Made by a program: the position numbers and the translations under genes
The notes under the pieces: model-generated
Told to the model about the DNA's origin: nothing
Seen by the model: the letters and a program-made list of their open reading frames with translations, nothing else
Database searches by the model: none
In this document: piece by piece, positions 7,784-17,264 of the stretch
How the letters are laid out: every line of letters begins with the position of its first letter
Numbering within the stretch: the first letter of the stretch is position 1
Assembly (NCBI GenBank): GCA_948801035.1
Contig: CAQHJP010000001.1
Location: 1-24,527 of the forward strand
Source: an uncultured Bacilli bacterium
GTDB lineage: Bacteria > Bacillota_I > Bacilli_A > RF39 > UBA660
Reading direction: 5' to 3'
DNA: 24,527 bases

Positions 7784-9067
7784 TTATTTAGTATATTCAC
7801 TATCGTTAGAAAATAACTTTTCAAATTCTTTTTCAGCTTCTTCTAATTCATTATTTATATTTCTTACAGCTTGTCTTATTTGATACTTATTTCTAAATTG
7901 ATTACTTCTAATATTTGAAGATAAATAGTTAGATAAAATATTATATCTAGTTTGTCTTTTTCTTTTCTTATATTCATTATATACCATTTCTCTTAATAAA
8001 TCATTCTCGGTAATTTTTGGATGTTTATTCTGATAGTAGGCATGGTTAACTATTGCATTCATTACATAGTTATTAAAATATTTTTCTTTATTCTTAATTA
8101 AAGAATTATCTACAGTTTTTATATTATTGCTTTCTGCTACAGATATGAAATAATTATTTATTTCTTTCAAGGATTTCTTAAAATCTTTATACTCTTCTTT
8201 AAACTCAGAATCTTTTGAAAATAATTGTTTCTTAATCTCATTAGTTAATTGTTGAATTTCCTTGTTTCTAATAGAATTGTATTTTATTCGTTGGTTACTA
8301 TTATCCCTCTCATTAGATAATAGTTCTCCTAATCTCACGATTTTATCTTCTAAAAGGATATCATCTCTATTTTTAAGTATAAAGTTTTTCTCTTTAGGAT
8401 TAAAATATTTTTTTAAATTATCTAATTCCTTATTAGTTCTAGTTAGTAACGGAGTAAATACTTTTTCTTTTTCAATATAATGTTCTATTTCATTTTTTAA
8501 AAATCCTAACTCTTTTTGGGTTAATTTTCCAGCATGTCTATACTTTAATTCTTTTCCATAAGATTTATAATTAGGTTTTTTTTCAGCAAAAGATAAATGA
8601 AAGTGCAAGTTATCTTGATCCGTATGTAATGAAAATTGATAACTCATATTCTTTATATCATCATAACCACATTTTTTTAAGAACATGGGAATTATGTGTT
8701 TTGCTAAAGATTTCTCAAATTCTTTTATATCAACATTCTCTTCTAGATATCCTTCTGGAAATGATATAACTAATTTATTAATATTAGAATTTTCAATATA
8801 TTTTGCATACTGCTTTTTTCTCTTTTCTATTTCATCTTTAGTAGCATATTTACCATTTTCAAACATTATATTCATTTCTTTATCCTTACCAAACTTACCA
8901 CTAAAATAATCGAGCATAAAAAAAGCTTTTTTCTTATTATCAGAATAATAATCAAACATATTCATTGTTGAATCATAAACAGCTTCTTTTGAAGAATATG
9001 TTTGATTCAAATTTTTATAACTAGGAGTGTACATATTCATAATTACTACTTTTGGTGTATTAATCAT
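7784..9067 (-). CDS. Conjugative relaxase, MobL/MobP2-like
   Basis: N-terminal FDYY/LDYF tyrosine motifs, LVISF..YL, HUH motif SLHTDQDNLHFHLSFAEK. Confidence 0.85.
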   Translation of the reverse strand: MINTPKVVIMNMYTPSYKNLNQTYSSKEAVYDSTMNMFDYYSDNKKKAFFMLDYFSGKFGKDKEMNIMFENGKYATKDEIEKRKKQYAKYIENSNINKLVISFPEGYLEENVDIKEFEKSLAKHIIPMFLKKCGYDDIKNMSYQFSLHTDQDNLHFHLSFAEKKPNYKSYGKELKYRHAGKLTQKELGFLKNEIEHYIEKEKVFTPLLTRTNKELDNLKKYFNPKEKNFILKNRDDILLEDKIVRLGELLSNERDNSNQRIKYNSIRNKEIQQLTNEIKKQLFSKDSEFKEEYKDFKKSLKEINNYFISVAESNNIKTVDNSLIKNKEKYFNNYVMNAIVNHAYYQNKHPKITENDLLREMVYNEYKKRKRQTRYNILSNYLSSNIRSNQFRNKYQIRQAVRNINNELEEAEKEFEKLFSNDSEYTK

Positions 9068-9374
9068 TATACTTATCCCTACTTCTATCTAGTTTAAAAC
9101 TTTGTAATGCTTTATTTTTGTTTGGAATAGATAAATTTTCTATTTCCATATCCGAATAAAATTGTTCTATAAGATCTCTAATATATACTTGTCTTGAAGA
9201 AATATTATTAAGTAGTTTATTGTTTGCTACTAATAATTTATTGATATCTAAATTACTTAATCCTAAAACTAACAAGTCTGCTACACCTTTAGAATATTTT
9301 AAATTATTTAAATTACAATATTCTTTCACTTTTACATCTAGTTCATTTGGAATAGAAATATGAGTTCTTATCAT
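9060..9374 (-). CDS. Ribbon-helix-helix relaxosome accessory protein (putative)
   Basis: RTHISIPNELDVKVKEYC...YSKGVADLLVLGL RHH pattern; overlaps the relaxase start. Confidence 0.6.
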   Translation of the reverse strand: MIRTHISIPNELDVKVKEYCNLNNLKYSKGVADLLVLGLSNLDINKLLVANNKLLNNISSRQVYIRDLIEQFYSDMEIENLSIPNKNKALQSFKLDRSRDKYND

Positions 9375-9377
9375 AAT

Positions 9378-9800
9378 TTATATCTCTCTTCCCATAGTTT
9401 TTGAATGTTCAAGAATTTCATTCATAATTAAATTATCATAAATATCTGAATTTTGAATATCATAGGAAATTTCTCTTAATTCATCTAATTCAAAATCATA
9501 ACCTAGTTCTTTAGCTTTCTCATAAACTTCTTTATCTAAATCTGACATTAGTCCATCAAAGTAGAATACCATATCAAATTCAGATCTAGTTTCATCATAA
9601 TCAAGTTGGGCTACATTCTCATTTTGATGTATGGCATCTATTATACCATTTATATGAGATTTAATATAATCACGAGCCTCATCATCATAATCATCAAGAA
9701 AATCACTAAGACTTACCATATAGTTAAAACTCATTGTTTTATCCATTCCATAATTAATTATGTCATTTGCTATTAATTTATTTAAACTTAATTTTTCCAT
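9378..9800 (-). CDS. Acidic hypothetical protein (140 aa)
   Basis: Likely start ATG 9800 after GGAGGGAAAG; D/E rich. Confidence 0.75.
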   Translation of the reverse strand: MEKLSLNKLIANDIINYGMDKTMSFNYMVSLSDFLDDYDDEARDYIKSHINGIIDAIHQNENVAQLDYDETRSEFDMVFYFDGLMSDLDKEVYEKAKELGYDFELDELREISYDIQNSDIYDNLIMNEILEHSKTMGREI

Positions 9801-9945
9801 ACTTTCCCTCCTTTTCATACAAAGTTAACAATCCTATTTCAATTATTTCGTTCATCATATCATTTATACTTATTCCTCTGGAATCAGCTTCAACTTTAAT
9901 TCTCTGAAATAATATATCTTTAATTCTTAATAAAAATCTATGCAT
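9778..9945 (-). CDS. Small Arc-like ribbon-helix-helix protein (55 aa; not in ORF track)
   Basis: RBS GGAAAGGAAG; MHRFLLRIKDILFQRIKVEADSRGISINDMMNEIIEIGLLTLYEKEGKYGKIKFK has the Arc/RHH F.LR....L...IK..A...G.S.N pattern. Confidence 0.75.
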   Translation of the reverse strand: MHRFLLRIKDILFQRIKVEADSRGISINDMMNEIIEIGLLTLYEKEGKYGKIKFK

Positions 9946-9959
9946 AACATCTTCCTTTC

Positions 9960-10187
9960 CTTATCCCAAATATAGGTTAGTTCATCCCATTTTTTCAGAA
10001 TTATTAAAAATAATAATTCAAGAGCATAAGAAGTTGATATCAGCACACATAAAAAAGCCTTATTCTATAAGACTTTAGTGTGATATCAAACCTATTTTGC
10101 ACTTGCAAAATTATCCCATTATTATGGGATGAACTAATTAACATTGCCTTATTTTATAGGCATTTAAGATGGGATGAACTATGGGAT
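9960..10187. other. Candidate origin of transfer (oriT) region
   Basis: Non-coding gap upstream of the RHH-RHH-relaxase genes; ATGGGATGAACTA at 10124 and 10169 and inverted at 9978-9990; hairpins TTTTGCA-CT-TGCAAAA (10095-10110), ATCCCAT/ATGGGAT (10113-10130), TTGATATCA/TGATATCAA (10034, 10081). Confidence 0.65.
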
Positions 10188-11117
10188 TTTCTTATCTCCA
10201 TAATTTATATTAAAATTTGGATTAGGATTTGGTAAATTTAGTCCTGGATTATAAATCGGTTGTTTATCTGAAAAATCTATTAAACTCATTCCATCAACAT
10301 TTGATCCATTTAGTTGAACTTGATAATGAAGATGTGGTCCTGTTGAATACCCTGTTGTTCCTACTCCAGCAAGTTCATCACCTGATTTTACTGAATCTCC
10401 AGTTTTAACTTTAGAAGAATTAGGATATAAGTGAGCATAGGTAACTGTGTATGTAATTTCATCATCTATAGGGCATTCAAAAACAATAGTATTTCCACCT
10501 CCACCACTTGTATCAGTAACATTTTCAGAATACGGAAAACTAACTTTTTTTACAATTCCATCACAAGTTGCTTTAACAAGGGTATTATTTCCAGAAGCTA
10601 GATCCCAAGCTGAATGTACATCTGCATTTCCAAAAACTATTCTTTCCTCCATAAAAAAAGAAGTTATAGTTGTTTTTGAAAAATCTATTGGTGGAAAAAA
10701 TGGTTTATTTTGTTCTTCATCAATCTGATCACTTGTATCAACATTTTTACATACATCATATATTTTATATCTAGGTAACGAACATACATCACTAATTGCC
10801 AATAATTTATTATCATCTTTACTTATATTATCAATATAAATATCATAAAAAGATAATTTATCATCCTCCAAATAAAAATATAATATTCTATTTAAAGGAA
10901 CATATCCATATCCATTTTTTATTGCTTTATTAAGAGTTTCTTTGTACATATCAGCATAATCCATATTATTTTCAACATAATTATCTGTTATATTTGCACC
11001 AAAAAAATCTAAAACCATCAAGCAAGGAATAATAATGATCATTGACATAATTACTATTCCTGAACTACTTCCCATAACTATTTTTAATAATTTACTTTTC
11101 TTCTTTTTATCTTTCAT
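10179..11117 (-). CDS. M23 family peptidase, conjugation cell-wall hydrolase (VirB1 role)
   Basis: N-terminal TM; HSAWD (HxxxD), YAHL, TGYSTGPHLH (HxH). Confidence 0.9.
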   Translation of the reverse strand: MKDKKKKSKLLKIVMGSSSGIVIMSMIIIIPCLMVLDFFGANITDNYVENNMDYADMYKETLNKAIKNGYGYVPLNRILYFYLEDDKLSFYDIYIDNISKDDNKLLAISDVCSLPRYKIYDVCKNVDTSDQIDEEQNKPFFPPIDFSKTTITSFFMEERIVFGNADVHSAWDLASGNNTLVKATCDGIVKKVSFPYSENVTDTSGGGGNTIVFECPIDDEITYTVTYAHLYPNSSKVKTGDSVKSGDELAGVGTTGYSTGPHLHYQVQLNGSNVDGMSLIDFSDKQPIYNPGLNLPNPNPNFNINYGDKKIP

Positions 11118-11132
11118 CTATCTACCTCCAAT

Positions 11133-11160
11133 AAAAAAGCAAACTATCCCTAGTCTGCTT
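11133..11160 (-). terminator. Intrinsic terminator at end of the two-gene insert
   Basis: AAGCAGACTA-GGGA-TAGTTTGCTT then TTTT on the minus strand. Confidence 0.7.
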
Positions 11161-11163
11161 AAT

Positions 11164-11175
11164 AAGTTATAATTC
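11164..11175. repeat. Degenerate cassette-boundary site AAGTT-AT-AATTC
   Basis: 1 nt after the XRE stop; 2 mismatches to the consensus arms. Confidence 0.45.
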
Positions 11176-11176
11176 A

Positions 11177-11863
11177 TTAATTACAAATGTTTCCATTTGT
11201 GTATGATATATAAATAGTATTAACAAATCCTATTCCATCATTATTTGCCCTATATTGAATTATTGTAAAATCATTTCTACTATTATAATAATAGGTTTCA
11301 TTATTACATTTTATTATATCCAAAGAACTTAAATATTGATCTATAAAAACATTTATTTCATCTGGTTGTTTTAATGTTTTCAATTTGGTAGTATATTCTT
11401 CCATTCCTCCCGTGCCTCTATAATAAGAAAATTTAGGAATAGGAATACTAACATTACTTATAAAATCCGAATTATACATTGTTCCAAAAAATGTCTTGTT
11501 AAAAAATAGTATAAAGATTGAAAATAATATAAATATAAATAAAACTATTACAACTAATAATGATGTAATCTTTCTTCTTTCTTTTTTCTTCAAATATTTA
11601 CTATATTCTGTCAATATTTCAGCAGTTATTTGTGTTTCATTTTTATTACTTTTTATTCTTTCACCTTTTAACAATTCATTTATAGAGATATTCAATTCTT
11701 TGCAAAGTGGATCAAAGAGAGAAATATCAGGCATACCTCTACCATTTTCCCATTTTGAAATTGTCCTATCTGATATACCAAGTTTATTAGATAATTCTAA
11801 TTGTGTCATATTCTTATCTTTACGAAGTTCTGATATAAATTTTCCTATTTTTTCTTGATTCAT
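11177..11863 (-). CDS. XRE-family HTH regulator with transmembrane segment and C-terminal extracellular domain
   Basis: IGKFISELRKDKNMTQLELSNKLGISDRTISKWENGRGMPD HTH_3 signature; central hydrophobic helix. Confidence 0.9.
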   Translation of the reverse strand: MNQEKIGKFISELRKDKNMTQLELSNKLGISDRTISKWENGRGMPDISLFDPLCKELNISINELLKGERIKSNKNETQITAEILTEYSKYLKKKERRKITSLLVVIVLFIFILFSIFILFFNKTFFGTMYNSDFISNVSIPIPKFSYYRGTGGMEEYTTKLKTLKQPDEINVFIDQYLSSLDIIKCNNETYYYNSRNDFTIIQYRANNDGIGFVNTIYISYTNGNICN

Positions 11864-11917
11864 AATTACATCTCCTCGTAAATAATTTTAATATAAATCT
11901 CATAAAAATACACCAAA

Positions 11918-11933
11918 CTAACCGTAGAGTTAG
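11918..11933. promoter_or_regulatory. Putative XRE operator palindrome CTAAC-N6-GTTAG
   Basis: Inverted repeat upstream of the XRE gene, just inside the boundary site. Confidence 0.4.
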
Positions 11934-11935
11934 AT

Positions 11936-11947
11936 AAATTGTAATTT
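11936..11947. repeat. Cassette-boundary palindrome AAATT-GT-AATTT
   Basis: 3 nt after the CPBP stop; identical to the sites at 462 and 2046. Confidence 0.75.
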
Positions 11948-11950
11948 GTG

Positions 11951-12646
11951 TTAATCCTTAACGATTTTATTTATATAAATTGCATAACTAATTGATATAA
12001 CTATTAAAAATATTGGAACAATATATGTTAATATGGTGTTTTCAACATTAAATATTGCTAGAGAATTAGTGATTGAGTGTGTTATTATACAAGGGATTAA
12101 TGATTTACTTTTATAAAATATAATAACAAATAAGTATCCAATAGCAGTTGCATAACATACTTGCATTAATGTTGGAATAATATCTGCACCATTAAACAAA
12201 TTAATTATATGTCCAATACCAAATGTTAAAGCACCTACTATTATGGCACTTTTAATATTATCTTTTTCCATCATTTTAAACAAAAATCCTCTAAATATTA
12301 TTTCTTCAATAAATCCAACATTTATCATAGTTAATATATAAAATATAATTTCATTTGTCCTATTATTAATATTAATTCCATTCCACAAGTTTACAGTTGC
12401 TATTAAGATTAATGGAATGAAGAATAAATATTTTTTTGGATTTATAACTTTTGTAAGACCATAGTATTTTGTTCTTTTTAAAATAATCATAAGCACAATT
12501 AAAAAAATAGAAAAAATAGTATTAATAATTGCACTTCTATAATCAGTTAATCCAAAATTTTGCATACAATATGAATTGATAATCACATACAATAAAATTA
12601 ATAATATGCAAAATAAAGTTTCATTTTTTTCAAATATTTGCTTCAT
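11951..12646 (-). CDS. CPBP (CAAX/Abi) family intramembrane metalloprotease
   Basis: Multi-TM; EEIIFRG, FGIGH, HSITN motifs. Confidence 0.9.
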   Translation of the reverse strand: MKQIFEKNETLFCILLILLYVIINSYCMQNFGLTDYRSAIINTIFSIFLIVLMIILKRTKYYGLTKVINPKKYLFFIPLILIATVNLWNGININNRTNEIIFYILTMINVGFIEEIIFRGFLFKMMEKDNIKSAIIVGALTFGIGHIINLFNGADIIPTLMQVCYATAIGYLFVIIFYKSKSLIPCIITHSITNSLAIFNVENTILTYIVPIFLIVISISYAIYINKIVKD

Positions 12647-12668
12647 AGTTTTACTCCAATCTTTTATA

Positions 12669-12682
12669 TAAATTACTATTTA
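12669..12682. repeat. Promoter-proximal array site TAAATTACTATTTA
   Basis: Core identical to 2579-2590. Confidence 0.75.
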
Positions 12683-12694
12683 TCTGTTAGTTCT

Positions 12695-12703
12695 ATTATA
12701 TCA
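12695..12703 (-). promoter_or_regulatory. Extended -10 promoter element for the two-gene insert
   Basis: TGATATAAT on the minus strand just after the virB4 stop. Confidence 0.55.
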
Positions 12704-12719
12704 TAATTTATAGATAATT

Positions 12720-15182
12720 TTACTTAGAATCTCCCTCACCCATCATTTCTCTTTCCAATTCTGTTGCTCTAATCCATATTCTTAATCTATTTTTAGAATC
12801 TATATTAAGTAAAAATTCTCCTCTTCTTGCTGACATCAAAAAATTCTTTTGTGTATCAGTTAATGGATTTTGCTTAAATAATTCTAAATATGCAAGTAAA
12901 TCATCCTCTTTAAGCATTCCTATCATCTGATATTGACAGTTATTAAATATAGCTGTTGAATGTCTTAATATGGATTGACTACCTACAAAGTCTTTTACTG
13001 ATTGAGTAGCTACTACTAATGATCCAGAATATTTTCTGATTCTTCTTGCTAATTGTCCAAAGTTTCTTAATACTTCAAAATTATTTTCATCTATAAACAA
13101 ATGAAATTCATCTGCAATAATCATTACATGTTTTTTATCTTCTTGCTTTAACTTATCATTTAATATTTTATTTGATACAATGCTATTATTTAAATATGTT
13201 AAAAGATTCAAGGTTTGAGTGTTTATTAATCTTTGATTTCCACTATATAAAAGTTCTTGTAAATTAAATGCAATTAAATCATTACTTAAATTTATAGTAG
13301 TATGACCATCAAACAAATATGAATCTGTACCAGTTAAAAATCTTGATAACAATATGTCTAATTGCTCTAATATTTTTTCCTTTTCTTTACTTTTAACATT
13401 TTTCTTATATTCAGGTAAAAATTCGTAAAGCTCAGAAAAAATAGGATAATCTTCTGGCTTCATATTTTGTAAAGTATTTATAGATGTATTTTTATAAATC
13501 CCTTTTTTATTATATAAACTTTCAACTACTGCAAGAAGCATTACTAATTCTTTTTCATTTATACTTTCAAATGCTGTTTTAAAAAATGCTTCTAAAAATC
13601 CTAAATGCTTAGCTAATGGACAATCAGTTTCCTTAGTATCATGATTCTCATCATCAGATGGAATGAATCTAATCTGTAGAGGATTAATTATTCCACCAGT
13701 TTTTGAATAAAGATCTATGTATTCACCTTTATTTGATTCAACTATTTTTTTATACTCATTTTCAGCATCAAATATAAATATTTTTGTTCCTCTTCCATAT
13801 TCATTTACAATCATCTTTTTCATGGTATATGATTTTCCTCCACCTGTAGAAGAAATGATTGCCATATTATGACTTGTCCTTGAATTTGTTAAAGTAAAAG
13901 GATCATAAAATATTGGTAATGATGTATGAATATCTACGCCAAACATGTATCCTTTCGGATCATTGAATGATGTCTTTGTAAAAGGAAAACCAGCACTTAA
14001 TGTTAGTGTTGGTAGATAAAAGCAATAATCTTCAAATGTTTTAGTTGATATATCATAACTTTGCCATGCTTCCATTTGCCTTAATCTAGGAACATCTAAT
14101 TTTATTTGATATGAATCGGCTATTCTCTTTAAATCCCTTATAACCTCTTCTCTATGTTTTTTATCTCCCTCTACAGCTAAAATCAATGATACTTCTTTGA
14201 TCTTTTCATCACCATTTTTTATATCTTGCATTAAAGCCTGAAAATTTTCTTTTTGTGTATCAAGTTCTGTAGCATCACTTAATTTTTTAGTAGTATTTCT
14301 ATCAGTTAATAAAAATTGATATTGTGAATTAACCCACCTAATTAATTCTTCTTGAGTAATGCATTCTTGAATACCTATAGAAGCTCTAACATCTGGATAA
14401 TTAAAAATATCTTCAAAAAATAATTCACTAACAAAAGGTGGAACATTCTTAACTGTTAGTAATTGAATTTCCTTTTCATCAAATCTTAGTTTATCTACTC
14501 TTTCCGAGATATTTATAGGACTAACCAAATTTGGTAAATCACTCCATACTAATTCATCTAGTGAATTTGATGTTAGATACAAGTTAGATAAAAATTTATA
14601 AATTTCCAATTTATTTGTTACACTTTCTATATAAATTCTAGGAATTATATTTAAAGTAATATCTTCGATTTCATCTAATTGCTTATTTAACATTGCTGTA
14701 TCTTTTGCTATCAAAACCCAATAATAAATACTAGACACAGTAAAATTTTTACTTTCTAATTCATCAATTAACTTTCTTGATTCCTCTAACAATATTCTCT
14801 TATTGTCATCATCAGCAAATTTTTCTATTTTTTTATCTAAGTTTACTTTGTTAGCATTTAAGTTTAATTTTTCGTTAAGTTTATAACACTTCATATTCAA
14901 ATTAGGTATTTGATATAAAGCTTTAAGCATTGAAAAAAATAAATTCTTTTCATTATTACTTGTTAGTGATAAATCTATAGCTTTAACTTCAATTAATGTT
15001 GCAACTTCACCTGATTTTAAGTATATTAATCCATCTTCACCAATTTCTTTAACATTTGAAAATGATTTTGAGTTTTTAATTCGTTTTTTCATTTGTCCTT
15101 TAGATGAATATTTTCTATTTCTTTTTGAATCCAATTTTGATATTTTTCTTAAATTTTTGTCATCTTTAGTTTGTTTTTCCAA
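12720..15182 (-). CDS. virB4: VirB4-family conjugative ATPase (TTG start)
   Basis: HNMAIISSTGGGKS Walker A, FDAENEY, INPLQI, IIADEFH Walker B, RIRKYSGSLVVATQ. Confidence 0.95.
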   Translation of the reverse strand: MEKQTKDDKNLRKISKLDSKRNRKYSSKGQMKKRIKNSKSFSNVKEIGEDGLIYLKSGEVATLIEVKAIDLSLTSNNEKNLFFSMLKALYQIPNLNMKCYKLNEKLNLNANKVNLDKKIEKFADDDNKRILLEESRKLIDELESKNFTVSSIYYWVLIAKDTAMLNKQLDEIEDITLNIIPRIYIESVTNKLEIYKFLSNLYLTSNSLDELVWSDLPNLVSPINISERVDKLRFDEKEIQLLTVKNVPPFVSELFFEDIFNYPDVRASIGIQECITQEELIRWVNSQYQFLLTDRNTTKKLSDATELDTQKENFQALMQDIKNGDEKIKEVSLILAVEGDKKHREEVIRDLKRIADSYQIKLDVPRLRQMEAWQSYDISTKTFEDYCFYLPTLTLSAGFPFTKTSFNDPKGYMFGVDIHTSLPIFYDPFTLTNSRTSHNMAIISSTGGGKSYTMKKMIVNEYGRGTKIFIFDAENEYKKIVESNKGEYIDLYSKTGGIINPLQIRFIPSDDENHDTKETDCPLAKHLGFLEAFFKTAFESINEKELVMLLAVVESLYNKKGIYKNTSINTLQNMKPEDYPIFSELYEFLPEYKKNVKSKEKEKILEQLDILLSRFLTGTDSYLFDGHTTINLSNDLIAFNLQELLYSGNQRLINTQTLNLLTYLNNSIVSNKILNDKLKQEDKKHVMIIADEFHLFIDENNFEVLRNFGQLARRIRKYSGSLVVATQSVKDFVGSQSILRHSTAIFNNCQYQMIGMLKEDDLLAYLELFKQNPLTDTQKNFLMSARRGEFLLNIDSKNRLRIWIRATELEREMMGEGDSK

Positions 15183-15460
15183 TCAACCTCATCTCCAATC
15201 TTCATGTAGGAATATTCCCTACATTTAAATAAATATTTTACTAGTAGTATAACTACTTTATACATTCGATTCTTTTTAGATACTTTTACAGGCAATAATA
15301 AAAATATACATATTGTTAAGTAAATTAACGATTGTATTTTTAAATTAGTAAATGAAAATATTAACAAAAATGAAAATAACATAGGCAATCCTATGTATAA
15401 ATCTTTCATTTCTATATATTTTCCTAGTGTCCTTTTAATACTAGGTAATGTTATAAACAT
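15149..15460 (-). CDS. VirB3/PrgI-like small membrane protein
   Basis: Two TM helices; directly upstream of and overlapping virB4. Confidence 0.6.
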   Translation of the reverse strand: MFITLPSIKRTLGKYIEMKDLYIGLPMLFSFLLIFSFTNLKIQSLIYLTICIFLLLPVKVSKKNRMYKVVILLVKYLFKCREYSYMKIGDEVDWKNKLKMTKI

Positions 15461-16863
15461 TATTCATCCCTCCTTCGGTATCTTCTACGATACATTCCTC
15501 TTGTTGGAATAGCACTAGACATAGCATTTGCTCCAGCATTCATCATTCCAGATCCAAATCTTGACAACTTATTAAATGAGTTAGATGTAGGTTTACCATC
15601 AGATCCCATAGGATGCTTTCTAACATTTGATGAAGCCTGTAAATAATCTCCAACCATTTTTAGATTACTTCCAATACCATCACTCTCATAGTTACCACCT
15701 AGTTTAGAACCAAAAGATGATACTGCTTTTCCAATTTTACCTAAGGCCGTATTACCAGCACTTCCTACTTTTGATGATCCTTTTGCTATTGCACCAGCAC
15801 CCATCAATCCTGCTCCAACTGTTGCAAGACCTCCAGTAGTTGCTACTGCTCCCATACTGTGTCCAAATCCCATCATAGCCATTAATTGCTCTCTTCCAGA
15901 ATTTGCTGATACATTTCCACCTATGAATCTATTTACAACTTGAGAACCTGTAAGTAAGAATGATCCACATCCAATATACATAATAGATTTAATTACTATA
16001 TCTTTAAATGAATTGGTAAAGAATGTTGTTTCATTTATTTGTCCCATAACAATTGCTGTTAAAGAAATAATAAGCATTATTACTGCTCCCTGCAACATTA
16101 ATGATACCAATTGTTGTACTACTGCACTTCTTCTTTCTTTATTTCCTACTGAAGTAGCAAAAATAATCGGACTAATTACGAATAAAAATAAGAATTCTAT
16201 TTGCCTTCTTGCTAACATCATTCCACAAAAAAATAACGAATATAAGAAAAAGCCACCTACTATAACTGCTAAAATCCAATCTATCTCATATTTATAATCT
16301 TTTTCATCTGGAAGAATCCAACGAGAAGATGTTACATATTTATCATTGTACATTTTCTTTCCGTTGAAATTACCATTAGAAATATTCTTTGATATATCCT
16401 CTTTTGCAAATTCATCTGAATCTTTATATCCATCCGAATAATCAATAAACATTGTTAGCATTGAATCTGAAATTGTAATATTATTATTTGTAAATATATT
16501 AGAAGTAAATCCTGCAAGTTTTATAGAAAAGGTAGAAGCCTGAACAAATAAAAATGTACTCATAATAATAAGTACACCACACTTTGCAATTTCTTTTACG
16601 ATACCTTCTGAATTCAATCCTTCATCTGGATCAATTATTTTTTTTACAAATCTAGTAATAGCAAATAATCCGAGCAAGGTTACTGCAATTGCAATTATTC
16701 CAGTTTGAAATGTAGTAAAATTCTGATCACCCGATACAGAATTAATAATATCAAAAGCATTTAAACCCTTTAAAATATCAAATAAAGAATCAATTAAATT
16801 AAATATAAAATGAATTAAACTCCAACCTAGAGTTCTTATTAAATCTAATGCTTTTAATAACAT
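15460..16863 (-). CDS. VirB6-like polytopic conjugation membrane protein
   Basis: Multiple TMs, RRQIEFLFLFVISPI motif, Gly/Ala-rich C-terminal tail; position in the tra cluster. Confidence 0.8.
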   Translation of the reverse strand: MLLKALDLIRTLGWSLIHFIFNLIDSLFDILKGLNAFDIINSVSGDQNFTTFQTGIIAIAVTLLGLFAITRFVKKIIDPDEGLNSEGIVKEIAKCGVLIIMSTFLFVQASTFSIKLAGFTSNIFTNNNITISDSMLTMFIDYSDGYKDSDEFAKEDISKNISNGNFNGKKMYNDKYVTSSRWILPDEKDYKYEIDWILAVIVGGFFLYSLFFCGMMLARRQIEFLFLFVISPIIFATSVGNKERRSAVVQQLVSLMLQGAVIMLIISLTAIVMGQINETTFFTNSFKDIVIKSIMYIGCGSFLLTGSQVVNRFIGGNVSANSGREQLMAMMGFGHSMGAVATTGGLATVGAGLMGAGAIAKGSSKVGSAGNTALGKIGKAVSSFGSKLGGNYESDGIGSNLKMVGDYLQASSNVRKHPMGSDGKPTSNSFNKLSRFGSGMMNAGANAMSSAIPTRGMYRRRYRRRDE

Positions 16864-16874
16864 TTAACCACCTC

Positions 16875-17153
16875 CTAAAACAAATCAATAATTAGATTAA
16901 CTAGTGAAATGGCTAATATAATTCCAACTATTCCAAGCATTGTTTGAATGATTCGTTGTTTTACTCTCGGTTTTTGATCCACATCTACAACAGCATACAA
17001 AATAAATCCAATTATTAGTGATACTCCAGCAGCTGCAATTCCAATTCTTAAAGCCCAAGTTGAAAATGTTTGTATAGCTTTAATTATTGAATCAACATTA
17101 TATCCACCACCTTCAAGGTGTTCTATTTTTAATAAATTAACTAAATTATTCAT
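16875..17153 (-). CDS. VirB2/TrbC-like pilin-type membrane protein
   Basis: 92 aa, two hydrophobic helices separated by a basic loop; upstream of the VirB6-like gene. Confidence 0.65.
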   Translation of the reverse strand: MNNLVNLLKIEHLEGGGYNVDSIIKAIQTFSTWALRIGIAAAGVSLIIGFILYAVVDVDQKPRVKQRIIQTMLGIVGIILAISLVNLIIDLF

Positions 17154-17176
17154 TTTTTTCCTCCTTAAAAATATTA

Positions 17177-17258
17177 AGAAAAAGCAAAGAAGGTGTGTTA
17201 AAATAACTGTATGAGTTATTTGCTGACAGACATTAACTCTTTTTCTTTGCTCTCTTCT
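17177..17258 (-). other. Long nested RNA/ssDNA hairpin between ssb and the virB2-like gene
   Basis: Outer AGCAAAGAA/TTCTTTGCT, middle GTTAA/TTAAC, inner AAATAACT-5 nt-AGTTATTT; ends U-rich on the minus strand. Confidence 0.5.
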
Positions 17259-17264
17259 TCATAG

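Noticed and set aside
7683..7883. 66-aa plus-strand ORF MIKDLSLPH...
   Set aside because: Overlaps the relaxase 3' end in antisense and lacks its own RBS; the QDVF...GIKSL resemblance to Csp is too weak to call a gene
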